Origin: Pocillopora damicornis
Lineage: Eukaryota
Direction: 5' to 3'
Length of the DNA: 64,000 nt
NCBI RefSeq assembly: GCF_003704095.1
Contig: NW_020845487.1
Coordinates: forward strand, 310,001-374,000
Shown: piece after piece, positions 9,838 to 24,800 of the stretch
Numbering within the stretch: position 1 is the stretch's first letter
Layout: every line of letters begins with the position of its first letter
Position numbers and translations under genes: made by a program
The notes under the pieces: model-generated
Databases searched by the model: none
What the model was told of the DNA's origin: nothing
Seen by the model: the letters and a program-made list of their open reading frames with translations, nothing else

Positions 9838-12800
9838 TCAAATGCTAGTTTCCATATAGCTGTCAGATTCTGAATACGAAGATTCTCTATCGTTATCTTC
9901 TCCGTGACTACCTCTCCGTTCAGCGGTTCTTCGCTTTGTTTTAAGTTCTCCCTGCAAGAAACAGGGAAAGAGTGTTTTTAATTGTCATCTTAGCTACCAT
10001 TATTTTCATCAGTTAAAGGCGGTAATCTGCAAGAAATTTTACTAAGCGTCTTAACAAGCTTACACATATAATCTGCGATTAAAGGCTTAGATGAAAGACA
10101 GATAGCCATGTGGACCTGCAAGCTTTTAAAATGGTGGATGTTGCGGCTAAAAGAGCTTTTTTAACTTAAGCAATAATGTTATAAAATGTTGCTTCTGCAG
10201 CTGTGATGTTTTGAATTTTAAACATTGCCGTGCTGTGATTTGCAATGCATTTGATGGGAAATTGCGAGCTCTTAAATATGAACACGACGTTACCTTCGGA
10301 ATTTTTTCCTGAACAACAGTGCGAACTCTTTTTGACACACTGGAATGGGCGCGAAGAATTTTCTCATTGTCTTCGATGCACTCAGCAAAAGTAACTGAGA
10401 AATTAAAATAATCCAGTTACTTAAAATCGAGCCTGTAATTTCTCTGGAAAGTTCAACCTGTCTAATGACGAAAAATAGATTTAATACTCGGATAAAGAGG
10501 AAGCTCTCTGTTCCGTTTACTTTGCTTCTTGATCCTGTGTTTCTCTACTTTCTGTTCTTTTTTTTCATTGGCTCAGTTTTGTTTTGTCTACTTGCTATTT
10601 TGCCCTTTTGGCAGGTTTACAAGCTCTTCGAAACGATAAGCCTCGAGAAATACTCGGAGATAATTTTTTACAACATTAAAAGGCGGGCACTTATTTAAAG
10701 GTTATGGAGGGGTACGATTACTTAAGACGTCCGGTTGCGATGTTGCCGAGAAAAAACCAGTCTGAGCTATTAAAGTCACTCTGTCCTTCATCAAAATCTC
10801 ATAACGCAAACAACAAACAAAACCGACGGCGTCGAACAAAGAGGAAACTATGTGCTTCAAAAACGTTAAAAACGTTAGCCTCACCATTATCTGAACCGAG
10901 TTGGTTCCTATTGAGGACCACATCTACTTGGCGTAGTTTACGAAGCGTGTGAAAGACCCTGCTATGGTCCTTATTCCATGGGTATCTAAGAACCACCCAC
11001 TTCGTTGGGTCCTCCCAACTGACACATCGATCAAAGATCTGTTAATCAAGGCAAAACATTTAAGTATCATCTCGTATTTAAGGTTGTGGTTACTCATGTT
11101 ACTGAGTACACTAGTAATGAGGTTTAATCGCTTGTCTCAGGATAGCCACTCCTTCAGGCGATGGGGTGGACTCTGCTTTGAGTGGATGTTTTTCAGTTGT
11201 TTTGATTGATGCATTTCGAAAGTTTCTCAGCGATCCGCTGTTATACGGCTTTCCTGATCATGGGCATCCATGTTTGTAGAATTTCTTTATAATAAAATTT
11301 CTAACTCCTGTCATCATTTATTGGGAACTTAATGTAATTATAATCTCCAACCCACACAAACGTCCCAGGAGAGATGGGAGCGTGCTACGCAACGAACCTC
11401 AAAGATGGCTGCTGAGTGACTAGAAATAACGACAAAAGTCGTACAGGAAAAAAACACCTTGAAATACCTTCCTTCCACTCCGAAGAGTCTGATGTAGATA
11501 TGGGATCACATTATAGTTCCACACATTCACGAACCAACCCTCTGCAACTTTAAAGTCCATTGGACACGAGTAAAACAACGAAGGACCTGGAAAAAGAGAT
11601 GTCTTTAGGAAATTTATTCGGAACGAAAGACGAACTCAAACCTGAGATTACCTCCACACATACTCACGAAATATGCTGATTTACATAAGAAGAAATTCTT
11701 ACAAAGTCAGGAGTAAATACCTAATGTAGCGTCGGAATCACAAAAGTCTTCCAGAATTTCATTCAGATGGTACCACACTTTGGACAGCCAATCAAATAAC
11801 TCTAACAGATCGTCACCTTCAACACTGACCAAAAAAAGAAAATAACGGATCAGTGCAAATTGTCAAGTGACTGTAGAGTTCGGCCAGAAAATAAGTGTAG
11901 GGGCACTTACTTGGTTTCCAACTCACTCCAACTGAGTTTACGCCTCAAGAATCTGCTGAGAACACCGCTGTACTGTCTGTCGTTTACCGACACTCGTAGC
12001 CACCTGACATGTAGCAGTAGACACTTACAGGTCAGTTTACTAGAAAGAACGAAAACTGGACAGGGAAACAGTTGAGAACGACAGCCACTGACTGATAGAA
12101 AAACACTAGCAGACTGATAGACACTGACAGATAAAAAAAACACTAGCAGACTGATAGACACTGACAGATAGACAAACACTAGCAGAATGTCAAAAAAATT
12201 GCCAGTCTTCCTCAATGGCAGCCAACTAACCAAATGGTTTCGTCAATCATACTCAGCTACACCCACCTAAAGTAATGACACAGACTCAGCTCTTTTGAAG
12301 AGAAAGGTCCTTTTCTGCTTTTGTCTCGAACACCAATTATGTAAGGACTGCAACGAACATGACATAATCATGATAACAAAATTATAAAGTGCAAATCACC
12401 ACAACAAAACACGTCTCAACGATAGAAAGATCGATAGAAATTGGCGTCAAACAAATTGTCGGCGCAAGTCTTTTTTTTTCGCTCATTTTGTTTGTTCTTT
12501 TTTTTTAGTTCGCTCTTCGGACTCGGCGCGGGAAAAGGATTGATCATGGCAAACCATGACCAAGGGGCTTTTGGCAGTACATGTCCCATAATACTACTTA
12601 CCAATTGCTGTTTTTCTCGAGCTGTGAGAAGTCAAAAGTATCAGCCAGGGAAGCTAAGCAATTTAACTGATCCAGTATTATGACAGCTGGCTTGTCCACA
12701 TTAGAACTGTTAAAAAGATAACAATTAAAGTTTTTCGTCAAGACGAGGGTCGAAAAAGGAAATCTCTGCAATATCTCGCAAAAATTCCAAGTAAATGAAG

Positions 12801-15800
12801 TTTTTTCTTGTAATAGTGGAGTCTAACTTTATCGTCCTCAGAAACATCAAAAATTCATAAAAAGCAAGTTAGCTGAAACGAAATTGGGACGGTCCATGTA
12901 GCCTGCACTTTCAAAAATGACCACTGAATCGGAGCGCCCGTTAAGCTCACGGCGGTTAACTTTGTTAAATTGTTATTCAACTAAAGAAATCACTAGAGTA
13001 ACGCCGACCATACACATAGACCCTCAGCTTACTGACTATTGATAAATTTGGATTACCAGGAACAGAACATACCCGGAGATGTCGACCTCCATCAGAGGGG
13101 CAAGCCCTTGTTTTAATTCCTAGAAAGACACAGTAATAAGTTGAACGCTGGCTAGTACCATAAGTAAAATCATCTCCTCGCATTAAAATAGGTTAGATAA
13201 ATCACTTAAAAAAAATTAAATAGAATGGCGGAATGAGAATAGAGAAAATTCAAGAATTCCAAGAAATCCAGAAAGAGGATAAAAAGAAAGAAAGAAAAAA
13301 ATCAGGTCTGCTTACATTTCGAGTTGTCTGGGTGACATTGAAGGTAACTACAGCGGGGGATGTCTTCCATCCAATCCTACATAAGATGAATAAAACCTTG
13401 TCAAAAACTCTCACGGAAATAAAATCAACCCCCTCCCCCCGTCATCACTCTCCGTGCACCCCCCCCTCTCCGTCATCACTCTCCATGCATCAACATGTAC
13501 AAGTTCATCACTGCTTGTTCACTAGTCGAGTTAAAATGATTCATTCAGGCGAAAACAAATTCATGTTCTTCACATGATAGAGACCTCATACAAAAAAAAA
13601 ATATTGTGTAAGCCAATAGATAACAGCGTTTGCAGGTTTTTAAGAAAATTCACTTGCCTTTGAACGACATGTTCAGCCAATTTAGAAGCCAAGTATGATT
13701 TTCCTAGCCCTTGTTGTCCACACAGGACTATACATCTGTGTTCCAGTAGCTGCTCTACATAATTCTGTGAAAATCAAAGAACTTTCCATCAAACAGAAGT
13801 TGCATATTGACACCACATAGTAAGGTCACCATTACCCCTTAAATCTCAAAAGTGATCAAAATGTAACTTCTCCCTATAATATCCATACATCCTCCAGCCA
13901 ACTGGTAATGAGAATACTACAACTTATTAAGTAAAAGTTGTTATCTTGATCTAACCCCAGCCTCTCAGCTAGCGGAGAGAATTACCAATCAGATCTTGAG
14001 AGTTAGCCCTTTACATCCTAACATCAGTATGCATATTCTCCATACTTTCTTTACACATTTCTTAAGGTTCTGAAAAGGAGAATTTGTTAATCAATCGAGA
14101 GCTTCTTTAGTTGTTGATCATTTCCCTTATTCTCATGACCCTTATGTTTTATTCATGGGTGATCTTGGGGGTTAAAGAGTAAAATGAATTATAATGGTAA
14201 CTGTGACAGCTCCCTAAATCTCACCTCCATGATCTCTTTCGGAAGCAGAGTGTCATAAACAAGAGAATCACAAGAGAACTGGCTTCCATCTGTAGGCAGA
14301 GCAGTGAATAACAAGGAGATTAGCAACAACTCAAGACTGAAATTAATATCAACAAAGAAGATTCTGTTTTTATATTCAGCAACTATTCAGAGACGTGGAG
14401 GTAAATAATGGCAGACATTTACATTGTCGAGAATATTCGCTTTCGTACACACCAAACAGACGCCAAAAAATTAGTTTATTTCTGTTAACATACCAAAACA
14501 TGGTAGGAAATTAACTCTTGACGCGCAATTTTATCTCTTAAGCTCCTCGAAAGTGAACATTACTCGCTAATCACTTCCGAACTAGCCAATCAGCGCGCAA
14601 GAAAAGCACTTTTTACCTATGCGGTACATACCGATCACTGATATCAAACGTTCCGTAGAGTTAAGAGTTTGAAAAAAAAAACCATGGATTTCCAGCAGGA
14701 TCACAGGCAAAGAACCAACCTGTAAAATTAGGACAGGAAATAATACAACTACTTGCCTTTGAGCTGGATAACACATGGACTGCTTTTGTTCGACAACTCT
14801 ACTCGAGGAGACCTTCTCCGCTGAGAACCTAAAATAAAATCATATAATTTTCCTTAATCACTATAAAGAATTGACCGAACGGCCAATCGCGCACTCTTTT
14901 TGTCGTTGGTTGCTATTAACTATCACCATATGAACTGTGACGTCCCGAAAGAGCTTATATTGAAAATTAACTTTACACCTTACGCGATAGTGCGAGCGGC
15001 GCCGTAAAGAGACGTACGGCCCTGAGCGTGGCATGGCGAAAGGCAAGAAGCAAGAAAGAAGGAACAAACAGAGGCGGTCATATAAAAACATGCTTATTCA
15101 CTAATACCCCTATCACACTTGCGAAACACGTTTAGTTAAATCAGGCTTAACAGAATAAAAATCAGCAACAGAAAATTGATAAACTAAATTTTCCTTAGCT
15201 GTCAAGGAGTCACTAGCTTGTCAGTATTTTTAAGTGCTAAATTAGAAGTCAACAAACATTACTTTAAACGGCTTCTAAGAAGAAAACAATTTTAAACCGT
15301 ATTTAGCGAAACAGTTGTAAAACATGTATAAGCTTTGATAGGAATAAGGTATAAGTTAAGTTGTCATGACCTCGAGCCCAGTATTTCCCCGTCCGGCCCT
15401 CCCACTCGGTCAAGGTAAACACACAGTAGCACTAAGAGAAACCTGGGACATCAGTTGTTGACTATCGGGAAAACTACTGTAGGAATTTGTGAGGCAGAAG
15501 GAGCAGAAGGAGTTGTTCACTGGCTGTAAGAATTTAGACAATAGAGAAAGAGTTGTTATCATACCTGGACTCCAGACAACAACCCCTGTTTGAACACCTT
15601 GGATGCTGTGGGCACCGAGACACAAGTAGTCCTCTGGGTCGATTTTCTTCATGTGATCCTGCAAGCAAAGAGATACTCATTATATTCGTATCTAACAACA
15701 TAAATTGCATATTAGATTGTCACATTAGCGAAACTAGTTGGATACACGAAGCATAAAAACTAGTTACTTCAGTGACTCGATAAGCAAATGTATCACTACC

Positions 15801-18800
15801 TCACTGAGGTGTGATCAGTGACGTTGACACCTTAAAATGGCACTTCGATTTATTTTCCTTGTTTTCTGTTTCCTTTTTTCTAGAGATAAATTTGCTTCAA
15901 CGCTCTTTTTCTATCTTTATCAAATGAAAAAGAAGGTAAACCTAGTGGAGCGACAAACATCGAAATGACCCAGAAATAAAATTTCTTTGCGGCGAAGGTA
16001 GAAGAGGTTTGGGGAGAATACCAGTTGTCAGCTGAATTTGAAAATTGAATAAAAATGACCTGTGGAAGATAGGTATGAATTGATTCTCACTTCATATATA
16101 TATTTACAAACTGAACAAAATTTGATCAGTACATGGCAAAATAGTTCCTGGCAGCTGTAGCCTAACTGTGCTCACTACCACTTACCACAAAGGTTTTCTT
16201 AGCAGCTTCCATCACTCCGTTCCAGTCTGCTCCGTTTACTGTCACAGTTCCCAAGTGGATGTCCTTTTTCTTTGTATGTAAAATAGAACATTATATCAAA
16301 CGAAACTGAACCGAAAAAGAACTAGCCATGAACTATTTTGTTGCAAAAGAGAAAAATAAAAATTTTAAAAAATTCGTGGTTAGTTCATTGAGTATAACTG
16401 ACAATAAATATGCACCTTGGAGGAAACACGACCAAGAGGGACAGCAGAAAATCCTCTGAGACACACATCTATTTCAACTGGTTCCTCGTCATCTGTATCA
16501 ACTAGATAAAACATTTTGATCACAATTTTTGATCATAATTTTTATCAGCCTGTGTAAAGCCGCCCCCTTCCCTCAGAAAAAAAGGCATTGGTAAGGAGCC
16601 CCTTCATAATGTGTATTTTTTTTGGAAGGTAGGGCGGGGATGCACACAGTTTACATTACTGCCATTGTATCCTTCTACTTATAGAGCACCAACATATTTA
16701 CTTTCAGTGTGTTTCCTGTTTCAGAGGTTACAGATGATTAAGCATTACACAGTCAACCGACTCGATAAGAAAATCAACTATAACAAACTACTGAACATTT
16801 CATAATGCTGGAAATTCAGTGGCTCATCGAAAAAGCGTTATTCACAAATGACTTCAGGAGTTCATGGCCATGTAACTTGAGTTTCCCAAAGAGCATCTTT
16901 TGAACATAACTTAAAGTAATCGTGGTTGTCTCGTCTTTAAAATTTCTAGAATCCTCTGAGCTGTGACTTAACCTATATTTAATCTATCGGATTTTAAGAT
17001 ACAAAACCGACTACAGCTCTTTGTGATCATTTTACCTTGCCTGGGTCTGTACAGTCGGCAGATGTTCTCCAGTCTCTCAGATGACTCAGTGCTGCTGTTC
17101 TCAGTCGCTTCTCCGGAAGTCTGTTGATTTGCCAAACTAACGACTTGTTCACGTAACATATCATTTTCATCATGAAGCAGTTTGAGCTCTCCCTGCAAAT
17201 AAATGACAGAGGACAAAAAATACTTGCAAGATCATGTACTCTTTACTATTTGCAATATTATTATTGTCAAGACTTTTGACACAAGACTAGTTACAGAGAC
17301 AGGGCACTGCAAACATTTTCTGACAAAGCAATCTTGCTAATACCATGCAAATGTTATGAACAGTGAAATCTTTGTTTCGTTCACTAAAAGAAGCTTATTA
17401 TGAAATTGATATAAATTCAACTATGGACATCCATGAAGCGGATCGTCTTCGGAGCTAATACTAAGTAAACTGTCATTTAGAAATGTTAGTTCTTGCAAAG
17501 GAAGAAAACCCAGTAAAGGCAAGGAAAAAATCTTCGAGAAAAGGAAGATAACCAACAACAAAATAAACCTACAAGTGATATCAGGATCGGAAATAAAATT
17601 TAGAGCACAGTAGAGGGACACTACACTATTTACGACAAGTCACGTATAAAATAAAATTTCCTTGACTTATTCATGAATACAAAAATGTGACCTACAGCCA
17701 AGTCAAACACGCACACCTGTTTGAGATTATCGCCTATTTATTTTAATAACTCTCATCTCTCTTAGAAAGTGCCACTATGGGAATTTTTAATTAGTACAAG
17801 GAAAGAAAATTAATTAACAGAATAAATCGCTTTCCCAGCCGAATTAGAAAACAGAACAGTGTACAGGTCATGATCAAAATTTCAAGTAATACATTCAAGT
17901 GTCCTGACCAACCTTGATTTCGCTGATTATTCCTTGCAGTTCATCAGCCTGATGTAGGGCGACATAGGCTTCCATGCTTAGACCTCCAGACAGAGCCTAC
18001 AAAAAGAACACAGATGATAACAAATGAACACGCCATTTAGCATGTGATGGTCCTTCGACCCGTGAAGCTTACAATTTACAATCCAACAAGCATAATCTAC
18101 ATTTAGAAACTAATTCAAGACTTATTTTATCAAGAACATTCGTTACAGAATGCATGGTGAGATCCAACGGTCATGCCAAGAATTAGTGTTGATTATCCAC
18201 CAGCATGAGTTTAGACTGGCTATGGACCAAGTTAAGGCTTACTGCTTGTTACAATTATGAAATTACGCTTTGGTCAGTTATCCATTTAGAATGCAGTTTG
18301 ATCTTTCTAGTGTTCCGATCTAATTAGCGGTGCTACATTTTTTAAATTGAATTTAAATAATATTTCCTGCTCGGGCGTTTTCCCAAACCCCCAACTCTCC
18401 CTCCTGGCTACTTTTCATTTATTTGAAAATTAGTCAGGAGAATTTATTGTTACGTTAAGATACAAAATTACACCCACCACTTTCTGGATAAAGTGAGGGT
18501 CGATCACGTTACGAAGTTTGAGAAGTTGATGCAAACCCGTACTTACTCAATAGCCTCACTAACTAGTGCAAGAAACCCTCAAAAAATTTAATAACTACTA
18601 GAGTCAATGAGTTATTCTAGCATGAGGTCAAGCGTTGTCAACAAAGAATAACTGTTTCTCGGTGTGAAAACCGACACTCAAAGAAAGCACTGGGTATATA
18701 CTGTATATTGCATAATGAATTCTGAAAGTCAAAAAAATCAATCAACACAAATAAAAAATATCGTCAGTTCGCCAAGTAATTTTTTTTAAAATTGTCACAT

Positions 18801-21800
18801 GAGAAGTATAATGTAGCCAAAATTGGATTTAGCTAAAAAAAGAGTTAAGACATCCTTAAGCTCAACAGAGCTGCTAATAAACGCATAACTACTTAATCGT
18901 GTGCGACAGAAAATCAATAGGTAAATACAAAGACGATTTGGCTGAGACTCTGGTTTTAATCTTATAATATTACCTTAGCTCCAAGTGAGAACTGCTTTCA
19001 GTGAATAAATGCCGAACAGTAAGATGCAAGAACGATAGCTTTGAGCAACAGATTTCTTTGTCTCTGGTAGTCACTGAAAAGAGCTCACAGAGTGTCAAAC
19101 ACTCTGACTCCTTAACCCTTAATTAGCTACAAATTAAGGATAAAGTATCAGTACCGACAGAAATCACAAGGTCAGAGTGGATTAAATCTGGCCTATGCCA
19201 ATTCTTTTATCTTTTAGAAGGCAACTCATGCAATCAAACAAATAGAAAGCCCGAGTCCATACTGCACATGAAGCCATCTAATCTGTTGAAAATTTGTTTT
19301 GGAAAGAAGTGACTTAACAAAGTTTGTCATTTTCTGATTTGAAATGACCTGTCAGCACCATCAAACTCTCCTATTCAACAATTTGCTTGAAATTCACTTA
19401 AACTTAAGTCCAATTCTCATCAGCAAAGTTTCACCATTGGATAAAAGAACGAAATGAAAACACTAAATCCAATTTGCCTAAGACATTTAACATCGCAAAT
19501 TCATCAGTCATTAAGTAATTAGACAAAGGTCTTCCCAAGCAGAAAGCACTTGTATTTCATTTAAGTAACGAAACAAGATCAACACGTAAGGTCAAAATTG
19601 TCATGAGCAATAAATGGAAAATCTGGGAATCAATTAGAACTACAGACCAGACTTCAAGCTGTGAAATTGTCTGGTTATCAATTCCCTGGTAAGTTAAATT
19701 TGCGTACGTCCTAATTCCGTATCAGAAGTTCTCTGAACGTTGTCTTACAAATTGTAAGTACGACCACTTAATGTGTTGTCAGTAATTCTTTATAAGATTA
19801 AACTGAAGCGTTATAGAAAGGCATACCCAACAGGCATACCTAACAGTTACTTCCTACTTTAACAACAAAAAACCTGATTCGGGACTGAAAGTTTGAGATG
19901 GACCAGAATAATTAATTAAATGAGGCTGTCGGTGGCTGAGTTTATAAAGCTTGAAAAACCATTCGTTTTTAGTACAGAAACAATCTCCCAAAGGGAAATG
20001 AAGAAATCCGAAGAAATCACGCGAACATACCTCAGGGTTTCCCAATCATTTGTTTAAGTGTAATGAAAAGAAAAACGTTTAGATGTAAAAAGTTTGACAA
20101 ACAAACAAAACAGTTCAAATTCAAGATACTTGTCTAGAAAGGATGACTTTCTTTAAAAAACATAGGATAAGGTCGAGCTTAAAATAACATAAAACAGGTT
20201 CCAAGCAATACCTGAATGTATTCGAAGCTGAGGGTCGGAATACACCAAACAGAAAATGTCCAGTTTCTAACCAGATATTTTACCTGCAGCTTCTCACTAG
20301 AATTAGAGACAGCTTCCTGAATATGACATTTTTTCAGATGTTTCTGACATGCAGGTCCGATGTCGTTACCTGATTGACAAGTACTTAATATACCTTAATG
20401 AAAACTTGGAAACACAAGATCATATTGCAACAATCTGGTAGCTTTTAGAAATTGAAACTTTACAGATATTGCAATTAAACAAGAAGCACAATTTAGACTT
20501 AGCCTTAAATACATTGAAATTACTAGTCAAAAATGCATCACAGAGGTAACTAATGTGTTCAGTTATTAATACGCTAAGTGGCTTGTTTTGCGTGACTGCA
20601 AAAATAAATCTGCTTATCAAATCCAAGATAAACTATCAAATTAAAATGGATATTTTAAGGACAGAAAAATAAGCACAAACCATCAAGGATTTTAAGGTTA
20701 ATAAACACATCTATTTAGACTAGAGGCAGATCAAGTGACCAAAACAGAATTTATCCCTAGAATATCAATACAGTATCAAGCAGACAAGTGGTAAGAATAG
20801 AGAAAAACATCTATTCTGGGATTATAAGTTGAGTTGATTTCAATGCCAAATTCTCCAAACTAAAATCACAACAATTGTATTGCGAAAAGTTGGGAGAATT
20901 ACTAATAAGATCTTAAGAGTGAAAGGGTTAAACTAATTTTCCCAATGTAAATCTGCCATCTATTGTGATTTACTCGTGAAATGCAGGAATATTTAACATA
21001 CACTGAAGGACAATAGACATCCTGAGTGTGTATCTATTTTCAAAGACAACAAAGTGTTTTTTTTTCCTACTGAGAAATCAAACCAGCCTTACAAAAAGCT
21101 GCAAGAATCTCTATCAGACCCTAGTTTAAAACCTGATCTCTAAATAAATAAAGCCTATTTAAGTAAAGTTACCACATCCTTAGAACCTTCACCAAAATGA
21201 TTCATTTGAAAATAAAACCTAACTTGGGAAAACTTTCACTCATAGGTACAAATACATACTTCTCCTGAAACATACTACTCGTGGTGATGCACAACTCAAG
21301 GTCTCAAATGCACCCTTAAACCCAGAAATGCCATACAGCTGTAAAACTTTGGTAGGAAATGTGGTCCCATCCCAAGCCACTCTCCTACAGATTTGGTTGC
21401 CATTAAAACACTTAAATAATGCTTGCACATTTCCTGATTAAGGATACTTGAACACAGTTTAATTGCTAAGCTAGACCACTAAATCACAATTATTTAACAT
21501 AAAATAAATCTGGGTAGCTTTGATTACTGGTTCTCAGGTATGCATGGATAACCTGATATTACACAATGTAAGAAAAAAATTGAAAAATAATAAATAAACA
21601 AATAGATACATGTACACAGATAAAGAAAAAATAAAGTCTTGTTACCCTTACCTTGTTTTGGGAGCTTGGGGAAACACGCTTCTTAAACCTGTCAATTGCT
21701 TTATCCAGGATATCAGAGTCCACAAATTCCAAATTCAGAGATCTACGCACTTCTCCTAGGAGAGCATCTAGGTGAGTCTCATCCTTCTTGTCATCATTAT

Positions 21801-24800
21801 CACTCACGGACAAAAGTTTGTCATTTGGACCACCAAGATTTAGATCAAGAGTCTCTAGATCAGTTCCCACCAATGATATCTCTGGGCAAGGTTCTGTGTC
21901 TACAAAGACCACTGTTTCTGTGCTGCCACCAAATTCTCCAAAGCGATCATCATCTGATGAATATGATGATGATGAAGCATCTCCTTGAGATTCCACATCA
22001 CTAATGGCATGCTTGTCCTCCTTTGTGGAGGTGATCACTGGTTTTTCTGGTTGTGCATCATCAAGTTCATTGAAAATTATTTTACCAACCCCCTCCTCTT
22101 TTTGTACACGGTTTGGCAGAGGTTTTGGTGTACTTGTAATGTGCATTCCATGCTTTTTTCTGTAGTCAATGAACACGTCAATACCTTCAGGACTAGCTAC
22201 TTCATGGCACAGTGTTGCTTGAGTTCTATTCTGGAAGCCCTCAGCTGGTGTAGTTAATTCTAAAATTCCTGAGTTTTCTCCATGGATACTAGCTGATTCT
22301 TTTAAATCATTGTCCCCGCGTTCAGCCTCCTTAGCAGTGGCCATGTCCTGCTTTGTATCTGGAGCTGAAAGACTTTGTTTTGCATCAAAGCCTTCATTAT
22401 CAGCTTGATTTTTATCCTTATGTGAAAATGCTCTGTCCTTCCGTGGCCTTTTCAGGCTGTGAGTGTTAGTCAACTTGCTTTGTGTTTCTATGCTATCTGT
22501 TGATTCACTACCCTCAAAAGAAACTCTCAAAACTTTTTCTTCCTTGCATTTCAGTTTCTTGAGTTTATCTTCCCTGTTATCCTGACACTCCACCTCCTCT
22601 TCAAAAACCTGTGCTCTTAGTCTCCATTCTCTGAGGCTTTTATGGATATTTTCACTGCTTTCAGAACGCCTCAGTGTCTTTGCTTCTATCACATTGGTAC
22701 GCCTCTCTCTAGCAGAATGGCCACGCCTCAAGCAGTCGTAGCTCTTAGAAGACCTCGGTGGAACATGACTAGGCTTTTTGAAGCCATTATTGTCATTCTG
22801 TTTGCCAGCAGGCCGACTTAAATGCTGCCAGCTGCTTGGTAGACTCTTTGGAGCTTTGTTGAGTCTTTCACATTTATTGTCATTTTGAGGAGATGGGCAG
22901 CTATACCTCTGTACAGAAACAGGTCTGCGAGGTACTGTCTCCTTTGGGGTACCCACTTGCATACCAGCTAGGATCTGTAGAAGCTCTTCCACAGACACAG
23001 CCTTATCACTCTCCTGAGGTGGGGCTAGCATGTCTGTGTCATTGACATAAGCAGAAGATGATGCAACTGGCTGGAATTGGTCCAGCAATGACAAATTCTG
23101 TTCCTGTGACGTTGATAGTGTGGGAGATGCTCTCTTTATTGTTGGTGTCTTGATCTGCAACTCTAGTTCTTGTAACAGCAAGGAAGGTAGCTCTCGTTGA
23201 AAGTTCACCAGAGAAGTTTGTGTTGCAACTGAAGGTGGTGGATTCAAAGCTTTGAACACAGCTGGAGGTGGTGTTTGAGTACCCCTATGTCTTCTGAAGA
23301 ATTGTTCAGCTGTTTCATGCTCAGGAACGGTTTCATCAACACAAGCTGTGTTATTTTTAAATAATCCAGTCTGAATCTCATGAGGTTCCTTGTCCTCTAA
23401 AGTTGACTTTGATGACTTCCTCTCAGTAATAGACATCACCACAGATTCAATTTCAGGATCAGGTGACACTGTCTGTGGAGACTGTAAGAGCTTTTTTATG
23501 CTCAGTGCTTCAGCTGAAATTAAGCTGTCTTTGTCTTCGCATCGAGTATAAAACTCACTGTAATCTGTATCATCAAACTCAAGTCCTGGTTCTCCACCAT
23601 CCTTTGGTTCATTTTCACAAACTATTCCTTCAAGTTCTTCGTTCTGAAATTGCCCAGAGATAAATGCCCCTTCTGATATTGGTGCTTGTGAAACTTCAGA
23701 AAACCTCTCGGAAAGAGTTTTTCTTCTAGACACCTCAGAATCTGAGCTATGTCCATTTCGTGAAGACTGAGGGCCAAACAGAGCCTCCATTGCACTGACT
23801 TTACGTCGAGTCACTGCTTTGACCAAGCCATCATGAATAGTACCATTAGTGTGATGTTGGTAACCCTGTGTCGGGAAGTTTGGCAGCTTGAAGATTTTCT
23901 CAACTTCTGAATCACTTGAAGAGCTTGTGTAAGATGAAGCCCGTCGCAGGGTCTCTGGGTGTGACACCTGAGCAGGACTAACAGGTCGAAATAAAGGTGG
24001 CTGTTCATCAGTGGCAAACTCAATAGATTGTCTCTTCAGCGCATTAATAGGATCACGACTCCCTAAGGAATGTCTTGCTCTCCTTCGTTGAACCTTAGGG
24101 AAAGAGGAGCTTTCATTGTCTGTGAGACAAATGCTGGAATCAAGTGACATACTTTTGGGAATGTGGCCATTACGAAGACCATGTGGTTGATGCCTCAATG
24201 GCTGAAATAAAGGTTCGGAATGAACACTGCTGTCATCAGAGGTGTAACCTGAATACTCCAGGTTTGATACACTTACTGTGCGGCGATCAGCCTCCCCAAA
24301 TTTTCTGTGGGAAACTTTTCTTCCAGTTGAAGGGCTCTGCAATGGTTGCCGAACAGTGCCAACAAATGGGGAGGAAAGACCACTCTCTGAACACCATGAT
24401 GACCTTGTCAGTTTGGGTGCAGGAACTTGGTAAATTTTGCGCACAAAAGGAGAGTCAACATCAACAGGACTTGGCTCACTAAATGACCACGATCTCCTTT
24501 TCAACTCAGAAGTAGTATCACCTTCTTTCCAGTTTGGGAAACCAGCAATTGACCCTGGGCGTCTTTGCGCTTTCTTCTGGTCACAAGACCTTGAACAAAT
24601 CAACAATTCATGTTTGAGTTCATTCACACGTGGATTTTGTAGCTTTCCACCTGGGCCTGTTCCCAGTTGTTCAATCTGCACAAAATCATGCAAGGACCAA
24701 ATATTGTCACTGAATTGAATATCATTGCCAGATACTGTGGTTCTTAAAAGATCACTTCCCCTTGCTGGAAATTTTAAACTTTCCATAACATTCCGTTCAG

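Noticed and set aside
15420-15530. Possible extra NAV-like exon
   Set aside because: Candidate acceptors give in-frame stops, and the flanking exons already join in phase.
21559-21651. Hydrophobic C-terminal tail (LYFFFICVHVSICLFIIFQFF) of the 1484-aa ORF suggesting a tail anchor
   Set aside because: It lies past a consensus donor AAG|GTAAGG at 21651 and is T-rich intron read-through. It would matter only if an intron-retaining isoform is shown.
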